Source: an uncultured Clostridia bacterium (lineage in GTDB: Bacteria > Bacillota > Clostridia > TANB77 > CAG-508). From it: a DNA stretch of 64,000 nucleotides. The stretch is taken from assembly GCA_947588945.1 (NCBI GenBank), contig CANPZY010000002.1:29592-93591 (forward strand), given 5' to 3'. Each line of letters begins with the position of its first letter. Within the stretch, counting starts at the first letter, position 1. The notes under the pieces were generated by a model, which saw nothing but the letters and a program-made list of their open reading frames with translations, was not told the origin of the DNA and did no database searches. The position numbers were made by a program, and so were the translations under genes. Shown piece after piece: positions 54,399-64,000 of the stretch.

Positions 54399-55877
54399 TT
54401 AATAATTACACAAGTGCAAGGTATCATCTTGAAAAATTAATTGTTCCTCATTAAAGTAATTCCAATCTTGTTCACTAAAATTTGATTTAATTTCATCATC
54501 ATTTGGAACAGATATTAGATTTCTATTCATATAAAAATTAATAATTGCAGATGCAGACCAATCATGCGCAAAAGCTTTAATATTCATGTCTTTAATACAT
54601 TTTATATCATCATAAGAATATTTTGAATTTTTGTCATTATAAATTGAAATTTTTGTAATAATGTTTCCTGTTTCTTTTTCGTAATTAGTGATAAGTTCTT
54701 CAATTTGACTTGTAATTTCCTTATCTTCAATATTAACTTTATAATTATCTATTGTATACATAGTAAAGTATATATATTGAATTAGTAAAAATATACAACT
54801 AGATACAAGAATAATTTTTACTTCTTTATTGTCAATTTTCATAATACTTGAAAAATAAATTAACAAGAGTCCAAGTATTGATGTAAAAGCATAAGTACTT
54901 CTTGCAGTAAACCAAACTTCGTTTGTACTTTGTAATAATTGTGGAGCTATAGTGAAAAATATAGTTCCAACTAAAATATAAAAAATACCAAGTATATATA
55001 AGAATTTTTGATTTTTAGTTTCAAATGATTTTATAATCTTGCATATTCCATATATTATTAAAGCTGTCAAAAATATGAAAAATAAGTATTTTGGAAATAA
55101 ACCATAATTGCTAAAAATCATTTCTTTGATACCAGCATATATTTTTGAAATTGATTCACTTAAAACAATTTCTCCACTAACCCTTGAATTTCCATAAATA
55201 AATTTTACTGTTAAAAAATTAATAATTGCAGGTATTCCATAAACTAAAGCAACTACAATATTATTAAGTATAAAATTTTTTATATTTTTAGAATATTTTA
55301 TAACATATATTAAAGAAATTGCTACAAATATAGCTACTGTACCTTGATAGCAAAAGTTTGCAATTAACATACAAATAATACTAAAAAAAATGCACTTTTT
55401 ATTTCCTTCAAAAAAATTTCTTAAGGAATCAACTGCTAAAATACAAAGCAATACAGAAAGCATCATAATTCCTTTTTCAATGTAAAAAAATAGTTCAATT
55501 GAAAAAATATTTATAACAATTAAAATAGATGCAATTACACAAATAATATCACTCTTAATATCTTTTTTTAGAAGTTTGAATAATTTATATAAACTAAATA
55601 ATGTACAAATGATTGCTAAAATATAAGAGATAACATAAGTTTTTATAAATCCAAAATGTAAAATATTAATTAAAAGATAAAAAAAGAGCCCGGTGACAAT
55701 TCTACCAGATTGAAAAAAATTTGCTATACTTTCATTTAAAGGTTGTCCAAAAACAAAATAAGTATCTGGAGCATATTGGATAACACAATACATTCCAAAG
55801 AAAATAAGAGTAGTGATAGCAAAAATATAAAATTTTGTATCTGTAAATATTTTCTTTAACATAAAAACCTCTTTCAA
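54399..55877 (-). CDS. polytopic membrane protein (492 aa), paralog of 4350..5795
   Basis: Same architecture and conserved C-terminus (EEQLIFQDDTLHLCNY). Confidence 0.55.
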   Translation of the reverse strand: MKEVFMLKKIFTDTKFYIFAITTLIFFGMYCVIQYAPDTYFVFGQPLNESIANFFQSGRIVTGLFFYLLINILHFGFIKTYVISYILAIICTLFSLYKLFKLLKKDIKSDIICVIASILIVINIFSIELFFYIEKGIMMLSVLLCILAVDSLRNFFEGNKKCIFFSIICMLIANFCYQGTVAIFVAISLIYVIKYSKNIKNFILNNIVVALVYGIPAIINFLTVKFIYGNSRVSGEIVLSESISKIYAGIKEMIFSNYGLFPKYLFFIFLTALIIYGICKIIKSFETKNQKFLYILGIFYILVGTIFFTIAPQLLQSTNEVWFTARSTYAFTSILGLLLIYFSSIMKIDNKEVKIILVSSCIFLLIQYIYFTMYTIDNYKVNIEDKEITSQIEELITNYEKETGNIITKISIYNDKNSKYSYDDIKCIKDMNIKAFAHDWSASAIINFYMNRNLISVPNDDEIKSNFSEQDWNYFNEEQLIFQDDTLHLCNY

Positions 55878-56111
55878 TATTAATTCAATTTCATATTATC
55901 AATATATACACATATTATTTTAGTTTGTCAAATGATAATTTTTTGATTAAGTAATATGAGAGTAATTTTATATATTTTTACAATAATTTGTTCGATTTGC
56001 TTGATTTTTATAAAAAAATGTTATATATTGGTAAATATAGGAAATGACAAAAAACAGATGTGGCTTTGCCACCAATTTTTACGAATCTTCGTAGGAAAGG
56101 TGGTGATGTTT

Positions 56112-56225
56112 ATGTTTAAAGTAATACTATTTTTTTTAATCTCATTCATAATATCTTTAACATTAAACGTTGCCTTAGCTGCAGTTCTATATAAGAACTG
56201 GGTTGATAAGCAACTACATAAATAA
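56112..56225 (+). CDS. small hydrophobic peptide (37 aa; candidate type I toxin or small membrane protein)
   Basis: MFKVILFFLISFIISLTLNVALAAVLYKNWVDKQLHK. A strong RBS GGAAAGGTGGTG abuts the start; two small hairpins lie in the leader (gtggctttgccac, tacgaatcttcgta); a hairpin terminator follows. Confidence 0.35.
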   Translation: MFKVILFFLISFIISLTLNVALAAVLYKNWVDKQLHK

Positions 56226-56227
56226 AA

Positions 56228-56268
56228 AAGACTCACATCTGTATTTTGCTAGGTAGATGTGAGCTTTC
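56228..56268 (+). terminator. hairpin terminator after the small peptide gene
   Basis: Stem ctcacatct / agatgtgag followed by a T-rich tail. Confidence 0.4.
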
Positions 56269-56428
56269 TCAAACTATTTGGCAAAACCACGTTTGTGGAA
56301 TTGTCATTTCCTATGTTTATTATACATAGATTATTTAATTTTGTCAAATGTTATTTTTTCAATAATTTAAAATATTCTATGAAAAAGATGTTTTTAAAGA
56401 ACACTAAATCCCATAAAAACACCAAGAT

Positions 56429-56503
56429 TGGTTGGGGTAGTAAGATTCGAACTTACGCATCGATGGGTCAGAGCCATCTGCCTTACCGCTTGGCTATACC
56501 CCA
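56429..56503 (-). tRNA. tRNA-Gln (anticodon CUG), CCA encoded
   Basis: Minus-strand read: TGGGGTATAGCCAAGCGGTAAGGCAGATGGCTCTGACCCATCGATGCGTAAGTTCGAATCTTACTACCCCAACCA. Acceptor stem tggggta/tacccca, T arm gtaag-ttcgaat-cttac, anticodon loop CTCTGAC. Confidence 0.85.
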
Positions 56504-56568
56504 GTAAATACTGTTAAAAATAATAACATACTTTTCTAAATTTTACAAGGTTTTAAAAATAAAAATAT

Positions 56569-56592
56569 GGTCAAGTGAAAAAGTAAAACATC
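56569..56592 (+). repeat. copy 4 (variant) of the intergenic motif: GGTCAAGTGAAAAAGTAAAACATC
   Basis: First 19 nt identical to copies 1-2. Confidence 0.5.
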
Positions 56593-56797
56593 AAAAAAAT
56601 TATAAAAGGGATAGAAATTAAGTAAAATTTTCTGTATAATTAAGAATAAATAATTAAGATTTTGCATAAAGTAATAAAAAGAATATTAGGAGGGCAAAAA
56701 AATTTTTTACTTAGGATGTTTTGTAGGATTTATATTAGGAGCTAATATTGGAGTTATACTTTATGCATGTGTTTTAGTAGGAAAAAAGGAGAAATAA

Positions 56798-57598
56798 ATG
56801 GACAAGATAGTAGAATCGACCAAATTGCAGAAAGATATTGATAAGCTTCTAATAGCAAAAGTTTTAGATAAGTTAAAAATTGTACAAGCTAAAAATAGAG
56901 TTGAAAATACTGACTTTTTAGATTTAGCACAAAAAAGTATTGTAGAGGAAATTTTGAATAAAAGAAAAGATGAAAATTATCTTTTCTTTGGTGGATATAA
57001 GCAAGCAGAAAGAACAATGCTTGTTTTAATTCCTTTTGAAACGTCTAATGAAAACAATGATAAAATATTTAGCAATATAATGTCTGCTATAAGAGTAAGT
57101 TTACCAAAAGAATTGATAGGAAAGTATGAACATAAGTCTTATTTAGGAGCAATAATGAAGTTAGGAGTAAAAAGAGAAAAGATAGGAGACATATTAGTTA
57201 GAGATGATGGAGCAGATATAATAATCTCAAGTGAAATAGAAAAATTTTTAATTAATAGTTTAGGTACTTTAACAAGATTTCAAAAGGCAAAAATTGAAAA
57301 AATTAATTTAGAAGATATAAATTACATAGAAAAAGAAAAACAGATTATAAAGATAAATGTTCCCTCAATGAGATTAGATGCAATAGTTGGAGAATTAGCA
57401 AAAGTTTCTAGAAGTGATGCAAATAAATACATAGAGCAAGAAAGAGTTTTTGTAAATTTTAAGCTAGAACTTAGAAATTCAAGGACAATAGAAGAAAATA
57501 CAATCATTACAATAAGAGGAAAAGGAAGATTTACTATTTCTAAAATTTTAGGAGAAACAAGAAGCAAAAGAATAAATTTAGAAGTAGAAAAGTGGTAA
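56798..57598 (+). CDS. YlmH-like S4-domain RNA-binding protein
   Basis: C-terminal S4 fold RLDAIVGELAKVSRSDANKYIEQERVFVN; size and architecture match YlmH. Confidence 0.55.
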   Translation: MDKIVESTKLQKDIDKLLIAKVLDKLKIVQAKNRVENTDFLDLAQKSIVEEILNKRKDENYLFFGGYKQAERTMLVLIPFETSNENNDKIFSNIMSAIRVSLPKELIGKYEHKSYLGAIMKLGVKREKIGDILVRDDGADIIISSEIEKFLINSLGTLTRFQKAKIEKINLEDINYIEKEKQIIKINVPSMRLDAIVGELAKVSRSDANKYIEQERVFVNFKLELRNSRTIEENTIITIRGKGRFTISKILGETRSKRINLEVEKW

Positions 57599-57725
57599 AA
57601 ATAAAATTAAAAAGAATAAAAATTATAGAGTTGGCAATAATTTCAATAAATAATATGAGGTTTATTAATATTAAGTTAATAAAAATTATATAGAAAGGAG
57701 ATAAGCTAACAAGCTTAATAAAATT

Positions 57726-59003
57726 ATGAAAGAAATGCCAATTCAAAAAATAGAAGGAAGTCAAGTATTTGATTCAAGAGGTAATCCGACTGTAGAGGTA
57801 ACAGTTACTTTAGAAGATGGAACTCAAGGCACAGCAAAAGTACCGTCAGGAGCTTCAACTGGAAGTTTTGAGGCTGTAGAACTTAGAGATGGAGATTTTA
57901 GAGTTTATAATGGTTACGGAGTTTCAAAAGCTGTGGATAATGTTAATAAGAAAATAGCAAAAGTGCTTATTGGGCAAGATGCTTTCAATCAAATTAATAT
58001 TGATAAAGCAATGATAAAATTAGATGGGACTGAAAACAAATCTAAAATAGGAGCAAATGCTATATTAGGAACATCATTAGCAGTTGCAAGAGCAGTAAGC
58101 AATAGTATGAATATTCCACTTTATAGGTATTTAGGTGGAGTTGCAGGAAATACAATTCCGGTTCCGATGATGAATATTTTAAATGGTGGAAAACATTCAA
58201 GTAACAATTTAAGCATTCAAGAATTTATGATAGTGCCAGTAGGAGCAGAAGATTTTAAAGAATGTATGCAGATGTGTGTGGAAATATATCAGGTTTTAAA
58301 AGAAATTTTAAAACAAAAAGGATTGTCTATTGCAGTTGGAGATGAAGGAGGTTTTGCACCAGATTTAGAAAATGATGAACAAGCTATTGAACTTATTTTA
58401 GATGCAATAGAAAAAACAGGATTAAAAAAAGAGAAAGATGTAAAATTAGCACTAGATATTGCAAGTTCAGAAATGAGAGATGCTGCAAAAAAGATTGAAA
58501 AAGAAGGATATTATTTTTGGAAAAGTGATAAGTATAGAACAAAAGATGAAATGATAGAGTACATTATTAAACTTACTGAAAAATATCCAATAATGTCAGT
58601 TGAAGATGGTTTAGCAGAAGAAGAATGGAAAGAATGGAGAGAGCTTACAACCAAAATCGGAAGAAAGGTTGATTTAGTTGGAGATGATTTATTTGTTACA
58701 AATAGAAATAGATTAGAAAAAGGAATTAAAAATAGAGTAGCTAATTCGATTTTGATTAAACCAAATCAAATAGGAACTTTAACTGAAACGCTAGAAACCA
58801 TAAAACTAGCTAAAAATAATGGATACAAAACAATTATTTCACATAGATCAGGAGAAACTGAAGATACATTTATAGCAGATTTAGCAATTGCTGTAAATGC
58901 GAGTCAGATAAAAATGGGAGCTCCTTGTAGAAGCGAAAGAGTGGCAAAATATAATAGAATATTAAATATTGAAAAAGAGCTAAATATGGAGTATAATATA
59001 TAG
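57726..59003 (+). CDS. eno: enolase
   Basis: [43 protein letters not shown]. Confidence 0.95.
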   Translation: MKEMPIQKIEGSQVFDSRGNPTVEVTVTLEDGTQGTAKVPSGASTGSFEAVELRDGDFRVYNGYGVSKAVDNVNKKIAKVLIGQDAFNQINIDKAMIKLDGTENKSKIGANAILGTSLAVARAVSNSMNIPLYRYLGGVAGNTIPVPMMNILNGGKHSSNNLSIQEFMIVPVGAEDFKECMQMCVEIYQVLKEILKQKGLSIAVGDEGGFAPDLENDEQAIELILDAIEKTGLKKEKDVKLALDIASSEMRDAAKKIEKEGYYFWKSDKYRTKDEMIEYIIKLTEKYPIMSVEDGLAEEEWKEWRELTTKIGRKVDLVGDDLFVTNRNRLEKGIKNRVANSILIKPNQIGTLTETLETIKLAKNNGYKTIISHRSGETEDTFIADLAIAVNASQIKMGAPCRSERVAKYNRILNIEKELNMEYNI

Positions 59004-59054
59004 GCATAATTTTATAATTATTTAGAAAAAATTTAAGTTGTATATAAAAAATAA

Positions 59055-60467
59055 ATGGAAGGTATAAAACAAGAAATGAAAGTACACTTTATAAGTCTTG
59101 GCTGTAAAACTAATCAATATGAATCTAATGCAATGGAACAAAGTTTTATAAAAAAAGGCTATGAAATAGTAGATGAAAAAGAAAAAGCAGATATATATGT
59201 AATAAATACTTGTAGTGTAACAAATATTGCGGAAAGAAAATCGAGACAATTTTTAAGAAGAGCAAAGGCTATAAATCCAGATGCTATAGTTATAGCATCT
59301 GGATGTTATGCGCAAGTAGCCAAAGAAGAAATATCTAAGATTAAAGAAGTAGATTTAGTTTTAGGAATAAATGAAAAAAATAAAATAGTAGAAATAATAG
59401 AAGATTATTTAAAAAGTTCATATGCAAGTGCAAGTGCAATTGTGACTGATGTAATGCATAAAAATGAATATGAAGAATTTGGAATAATAACTTATACAGA
59501 AGTAACTAGAGCAGTTATAAAAATCCAAGATGGATGTGATAGATTTTGTACATATTGTATTATTCCTTATGCAAGGGGAAAAGTTAGAAGTAGACAGCCC
59601 GAAAATATTATTTCAGAGATAAAAGAAATTGCAAAAAAAGGAATTCAAGAAGTAGTACTTACAGGAATTCATATTGCCTCTTATGGAAAAGATTTTAGTG
59701 AAGATGATACAAAAAAATATAGAGAATTATATGGATATAATGATACATATGAAAGATTTGATCTGAAAGAAGATTTACAAACCGGTGGATTTAGATTAAT
59801 TGAACTTTTAGAACAAATTAATAAAATAGATGAGATAAAAAGAATTAGATTGGGTTCAATTGAGCCAAAATTAATTACAGAAGAATTTGTAAATAGATTA
59901 TCAAAATTAAAAAAGATATGTCATCATTTTCATCTTTCATTGCAAAGCGGATGTAATGAAACTTTGAAAAGAATGAATAGAAGGTACACAGTAGAAGAAT
60001 TTGAAAATATTTGTAAAATACTTAGAAAAGCTTATCAAGATGTAATACTTACAACAGATATAATAGTTGGATTTCCAAATGAAACAGATGAAGAATTTGA
60101 AAAGACTTATAACTTCTTAGAAAAAATAAATTTTTACAAAATGCATATATTTAAATATTCTCCTAAGAGAGGTACAGTTGCAGAAAAAATGGATAATCAA
60201 ATTGATGGTAATCTTAAAGAAATTAGAAGTCAAAAATTAATTGAATTATCTAATAAAAATCAGAAAGAATATAATCAAAGTTACATAGGAAAAGAAGTTT
60301 CAGTTCTATTTGAAGAAAAAGATAAAGATGGATATTATAAGGGACATACAGATAATTATATGTTAGTAAAAGTAAAAACAGATAAGAATTTAGAAAATAT
60401 TATATGTAATGTAAAAATAGTTGAAAATGCAGGATTAGAATTAATAGGAAAAGTTAATAATACCTGA
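59055..60467 (+). CDS. mtaB: MiaB-like tRNA methylthiotransferase (MtaB)
   Basis: MTTase N-terminal domain (FISLGCKTNQYES...INTCSV), radical SAM CDRFCTYC, and a TRAM C-terminus. The start may be ATG 59079. Confidence 0.8.
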   Translation: MEGIKQEMKVHFISLGCKTNQYESNAMEQSFIKKGYEIVDEKEKADIYVINTCSVTNIAERKSRQFLRRAKAINPDAIVIASGCYAQVAKEEISKIKEVDLVLGINEKNKIVEIIEDYLKSSYASASAIVTDVMHKNEYEEFGIITYTEVTRAVIKIQDGCDRFCTYCIIPYARGKVRSRQPENIISEIKEIAKKGIQEVVLTGIHIASYGKDFSEDDTKKYRELYGYNDTYERFDLKEDLQTGGFRLIELLEQINKIDEIKRIRLGSIEPKLITEEFVNRLSKLKKICHHFHLSLQSGCNETLKRMNRRYTVEEFENICKILRKAYQDVILTTDIIVGFPNETDEEFEKTYNFLEKINFYKMHIFKYSPKRGTVAEKMDNQIDGNLKEIRSQKLIELSNKNQKEYNQSYIGKEVSVLFEEKDKDGYYKGHTDNYMLVKVKTDKNLENIICNVKIVENAGLELIGKVNNT

Positions 60468-60564
60468 AATAATTAAAATATGATAATGTAATTTGAATAG
60501 AAAAAATAAATTATAAAAATGATAAAATAATAAAATAGTATAAATTAGAAAAGTAATAAAAAGC

Positions 60565-61254
60565 TTGAAAGGAATAAAAATGCCTAGAACAAAATTAAAT
60601 GATAGAAAATTACCGGTTTATACAAGAGGAGAAGAGATATTTAATATGGTATCTCATATTGTAGGTGGAAGCATTGGAATAATTGGAATGATTATTTGCT
60701 TGGTATTATCTATAATCCACAAAAGTGGATATGGAATACTTACAAGTATAATATATGGAATTTCAATGATATTTTTATATACAATGTCTAGTGTTTATCA
60801 TGGATTAAAGCCTACAAGAAAAGCGAAGAAAGTAATGCAAGTATTAGATCACTGTACCATTTATGTATTAATAGCTGGAACGTATACGCCAATTTTATTA
60901 TGTTCAATAAGATTAGTAGATCCAGCACTTGCGTGGAGTATGTTTGGAATAGTATGGATTATAGCAATAGTAGGAATAACACTAAATGCAATAGATTTAA
61001 AGCAATATAAAGTTTTTTCTATGATTAGTTATTTGCTTATGGGATGGTTAATTGTATTTAGAATAGATATATTATACCAAGCTATAGGAAGAACTGGTAT
61101 GCTTTTAATTTTGTTTGGAGGAATAACTTATACTGTAGGAACAGTCCTTTATGGACTTGGAAGAACTAAAAAATATATGCATTCAGTATTTCATTTGTTT
61201 GTGGTACTGGCAACATTGCTTCAAATGATTGCAATAGTTTTATATGTAGTTTAA
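60565..61254 (+). CDS. hemolysin III-family (PAQR) membrane protein
   Basis: Seven TM helices with conserved His residues (HIVGG, YHG, HCTIY, HSVFH). The start is probably ATG 60580. Confidence 0.8.
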   Translation: MKGIKMPRTKLNDRKLPVYTRGEEIFNMVSHIVGGSIGIIGMIICLVLSIIHKSGYGILTSIIYGISMIFLYTMSSVYHGLKPTRKAKKVMQVLDHCTIYVLIAGTYTPILLCSIRLVDPALAWSMFGIVWIIAIVGITLNAIDLKQYKVFSMISYLLMGWLIVFRIDILYQAIGRTGMLLILFGGITYTVGTVLYGLGRTKKYMHSVFHLFVVLATLLQMIAIVLYVV

Positions 61255-61403
61255 AAAATTTAATGTAAAATATTTACATAAATACAAAGTCTGTGATATA
61301 ATTAAAATGTTAAATTATGAGTTATAGGTAAACTTCCAAAACCTAAATAATAAAGGAGAAAAGAATAAATTAATAAATATTTATTAATTTATAGTATATA
61401 TAA

Positions 61404-63155
61404 ATGAAGGCAATAGAAATTAGAAATAAATACTTAAATTTTTTTAAAAATCATAATCATAAAATAATACCAAGTGCACCATTAATACCAGAAAATGACC
61501 CATCTGTATTATTTACAACTGCTGGAATGCAACCATTAGTACCATATCTTTTAGGACAAAAACATCCAGAAGGAACAAGACTTACAGATTATCAAAAATG
61601 TCTAAGAACAAACGATATAGATGAAGTAGGAGATAATAGACATCTTACATACTTTGAGATGCTTGGAAATTGGTCATTAGGAGATTATTTTAAAGAAGAG
61701 TCAATAGCAATGAGTTATGAATTTCTAACAAAAGAATTAGGAATTCCAAGTGAAAAGATATCAGTAACTTGTTTTAAAGGTGATGAAGATTGCCCTAGAG
61801 ATACATTAACAGCAGAATGTTGGAAAAAACAAGGAATACCAGATGAAAGAATATATTTTTATGGAAAAGATGACAACTGGTGGATTGCAGGAGAAGAAGG
61901 ACCATGTGGACCAGATACAGAAATGTTTTATGATACAGGAAAAGAGCCTTGCGGACCAGATTGTCAGCCATCATGCGATTGTGGAAAATATGTTGAAATC
62001 TGGAACAATGTATTTATGGAATACTTAAAAAAAGATGGAAAATACACAAAACTTTCTCAGCAAAATGTTGATACTGGTTTAGGATTAGAAAGAATGACAA
62101 TGCTTTTAGAAGGAAAACAAACTCCGTTTGATACAGAAATTTTTAAGCCAATAATGGACAAGATACAAGAATTAGCTAAGAAAGATGATATTGCAAGTAG
62201 AAGAATTATTACAGAACATCTTAGAGCAAGTATAATGATAGTTGCAGATGGTGGTAGACCAAGCAACATAGATAGAGGATATATTTTAAGAAGACTTATT
62301 CGTAGAATGACAAGACAAATGAATAAAATAGAAGTTGACTTAAAAGAATTACCTAATTTAATAGCATTAAATATAGAAACTTTAAAAGAATTATATCCAG
62401 AATTACTTGATAAAAAAGACATGATAACAGAAGTTATAGTTACAGAAAAAGATAAATTTGAAAAAACTTTAGTTCGTGGAGAAAGAGAATTCAGTAAAGT
62501 TGTAGAAAAAATTAAATCACAAGGAAAAGACACAATTGATAGTGAAAACATATTTAAACTTTATGAAACATATGGATTTCCACCAGAAGTTAGCAAAGAT
62601 TTAGCAGAAGAAAATGAACTTAAAGTAAATATGGAAGAAGTAGACAAGCTATTTAAAGAACATCAAGAAAAATCAAGACAAGGAAGTGTGCAAAAATTTA
62701 AAGGTGGCTTAGCAGGAACCGGTGAAATGGAAATAAAATATCATACAGCAACACACCTTTTAAATGCTGCATTAAAGCAAGTTATAAATAAAGACGTACA
62801 TCAAAAAGGATCAAATATTACAGCAGAAAGAATGAGATTTGATTTTAGCTGTGACCATAAATTGACAGATGAAGAAAAGAAACAAACAGAAGATTTAGTA
62901 AATAAATGGATTAAAGAAGATATAAATGTTACAGTTGAAACAATGAAAAAAGAAGATGCAATAAAATCAGGTGCAGAATGTATGTTTATAGAAAAATATC
63001 CAGATGATGTTACAGTTTATTCAATAGGTGATGTATCAAAAGAATTATGCGGTGGACCACATGTAAAACATACAGGGGAGCTTGGACATTTTAAAATTAT
63101 AAAAGAAGAAGCAAGTTCTAGTGGTGTAAGAAGAATAAAAGCAATATTAGAATAG
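61404..63155 (+). CDS. alaS: alanine--tRNA ligase-like protein, short form (583 aa; catalytic plus editing-like region, lacks the C-terminal domain of full-length AlaS)
   Basis: FTTAGMQ, LRTNDIDEVGD, FEMLGNWS motifs; HTATHLL and CGGPHV editing-domain motifs; ends ...SSGVRRIKAILE. Confidence 0.65.
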   Translation: MKAIEIRNKYLNFFKNHNHKIIPSAPLIPENDPSVLFTTAGMQPLVPYLLGQKHPEGTRLTDYQKCLRTNDIDEVGDNRHLTYFEMLGNWSLGDYFKEESIAMSYEFLTKELGIPSEKISVTCFKGDEDCPRDTLTAECWKKQGIPDERIYFYGKDDNWWIAGEEGPCGPDTEMFYDTGKEPCGPDCQPSCDCGKYVEIWNNVFMEYLKKDGKYTKLSQQNVDTGLGLERMTMLLEGKQTPFDTEIFKPIMDKIQELAKKDDIASRRIITEHLRASIMIVADGGRPSNIDRGYILRRLIRRMTRQMNKIEVDLKELPNLIALNIETLKELYPELLDKKDMITEVIVTEKDKFEKTLVRGEREFSKVVEKIKSQGKDTIDSENIFKLYETYGFPPEVSKDLAEENELKVNMEEVDKLFKEHQEKSRQGSVQKFKGGLAGTGEMEIKYHTATHLLNAALKQVINKDVHQKGSNITAERMRFDFSCDHKLTDEEKKQTEDLVNKWIKEDINVTVETMKKEDAIKSGAECMFIEKYPDDVTVYSIGDVSKELCGGPHVKHTGELGHFKIIKEEASSSGVRRIKAILE

Positions 63156-63308
63156 ATTTGTTATAAAAATAAAAAGATAATAATATTGTAAATATACTGT
63201 ATAAATTAAAAATGCAATAATAGAATAAAAATATTGTATAAATTAAGATGCAATGATAGAATAAAGATATTATAAAAATACTGTATTAGATTAAATTTAG
63301 GAGGAAAA

Positions 63309-63986
63309 ATGAGAGAAAAAAAATTCAATAAAGTATTAACTATTATATTAGTAATTGTTGTAATAGCAATCTTTATAATTATAGGATTTTGGGGATATGA
63401 TTTATATCAAAGATATTATATAAATACGTCAGCAAATGAATATTTAGAGCAAGAATTTAGTACTAATAGAATAAGAGTTCCAAGAAATACTACAGTTGAA
63501 GAAGAAGTACAGAATGTATCATTAAATATAGATGTTAATGAAATTGAAAGCAATAATTCAACAACAAGTAATAGAGTGGCAAAACAAACTTATAAAGGTT
63601 ATGCAGTTTTAGGAAGAATTGAAATTCCAAAAACTAAAGTTAATTATCCAGTTTTAGATAGAACATCAGATGCATCAATGAAAGTGTCAGTTGGTGTATT
63701 GTATGGTGTAGGATTAAATGAAATCGGAAACACAGTTATTGCTGGACATAATTATAGAAACGGAACATTTTTCTCAAATAATAAAAATTTACAAAATGGA
63801 GATTTAATATATATTACAGATCTTACAGGAAGAAGAATAAAATATACAATATATAATGTATATGAAACATCATCAAGTGATTTTGAATATGCAACGAGAG
63901 ATACAGCTGGTAAAAGGGAAATATCATTAACTACTTGTACAGCAGATGTAAATGCAAGATTAGTAATATGGGCAAGAGAAGATTAG
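63309..63986 (+). CDS. sortase family transpeptidase
   Basis: N-terminal TM, catalytic His (IAGHNYRNG), and the TLTTCT active-site Cys motif. Confidence 0.8.
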   Translation: MREKKFNKVLTIILVIVVIAIFIIIGFWGYDLYQRYYINTSANEYLEQEFSTNRIRVPRNTTVEEEVQNVSLNIDVNEIESNNSTTSNRVAKQTYKGYAVLGRIEIPKTKVNYPVLDRTSDASMKVSVGVLYGVGLNEIGNTVIAGHNYRNGTFFSNNKNLQNGDLIYITDLTGRRIKYTIYNVYETSSSDFEYATRDTAGKREISLTTCTADVNARLVIWARED

Positions 63987-64000
63987 AGAATCTATAACTT

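Noticed and set aside
55956-56225. Longer 89-aa version of the small peptide ORF
   Set aside because: There is no RBS at its ATG, whereas a very strong RBS immediately precedes the internal ATGs at 56106/56112. The short peptide is the more plausible product.
56259-56507. Plus-strand ORF of 82 aa
   Set aside because: It overlaps the minus-strand tRNA-Gln and the terminator hairpin, so it is a spurious AT-rich ORF.
56690-56795. Hydrophobic open frame (...FYLGCFVGFILGANIGVILYACVLVGKKEK*) just upstream of the ylmH-like gene
   Set aside because: It has no start codon. It may be a C-terminal relic of a YlmG/YGGT-like membrane protein displaced by the tRNA insertion, but this is too speculative to call.

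Overview
This window is a low-GC (roughly 25-30 % GC) Clostridia-type Firmicutes chromosome segment. The conserved backbone comprises the 3' end of the ribosomal/rpoA cluster (infA-rpmJ-rpsM-rpsK-rpsD-rpoA-rplQ), radA-disA, a cyclophilin, folD, priA-def-fmt, addA, gapA, pgk-tpiA-gpmI, eno, mtaB, a short alaS-like gene, spoIVB, rpe and a sortase. Several accessory features interrupt it. (1) Four paralogous genes encode large secreted proteins with a shared type-IV-(pseudo)pilin-like N-terminal leader/TM module and divergent C-terminal modules; two of the C-termini are C-type-lectin-fold domains (FGE-like, DUF1566-like). Each of the four genes is preceded by a ~140-160 bp segment flanked by homologous 19-24 bp inverted repeats, which I interpret as candidate invertible promoter switches. 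(2) One of these genes carries a diversity-generating-retroelement variable repeat at its 3' end. The cognate AAC-rich template repeat lies 600 bp downstream, next to a 5'-truncated avd and a 5'-truncated, inverted reverse transcriptase. An excisionase-like gene and an internally deleted tyrosine integrase follow, so this looks like a decayed DGR/mobile-element island. (3) A Tad/CpaF-like secretion locus (cpaB-like, two degenerate ParA-like proteins, a TM-anchored VirB11/CpaF-like ATPase, a large GspF-like membrane protein and five paralogous small proteins with the leader 'MENASKALIIAG'). (4) Four genes (radA, addA, the CpaF-like ATPase and the TadB/C-like gene) each carry a +1 frameshift with the same context, an extra C immediately 5' of a GGA glycine codon (YT[C]GGA). 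The window also contains a 24-nt intergenic motif repeated four times, a GC-rich structured intergenic island, a tRNA-Gln, a small hydrophobic peptide gene with a structured leader, and a YezG-like orphan immunity gene. All functional calls rest on motif-level reading of the translations; no database searches were run.
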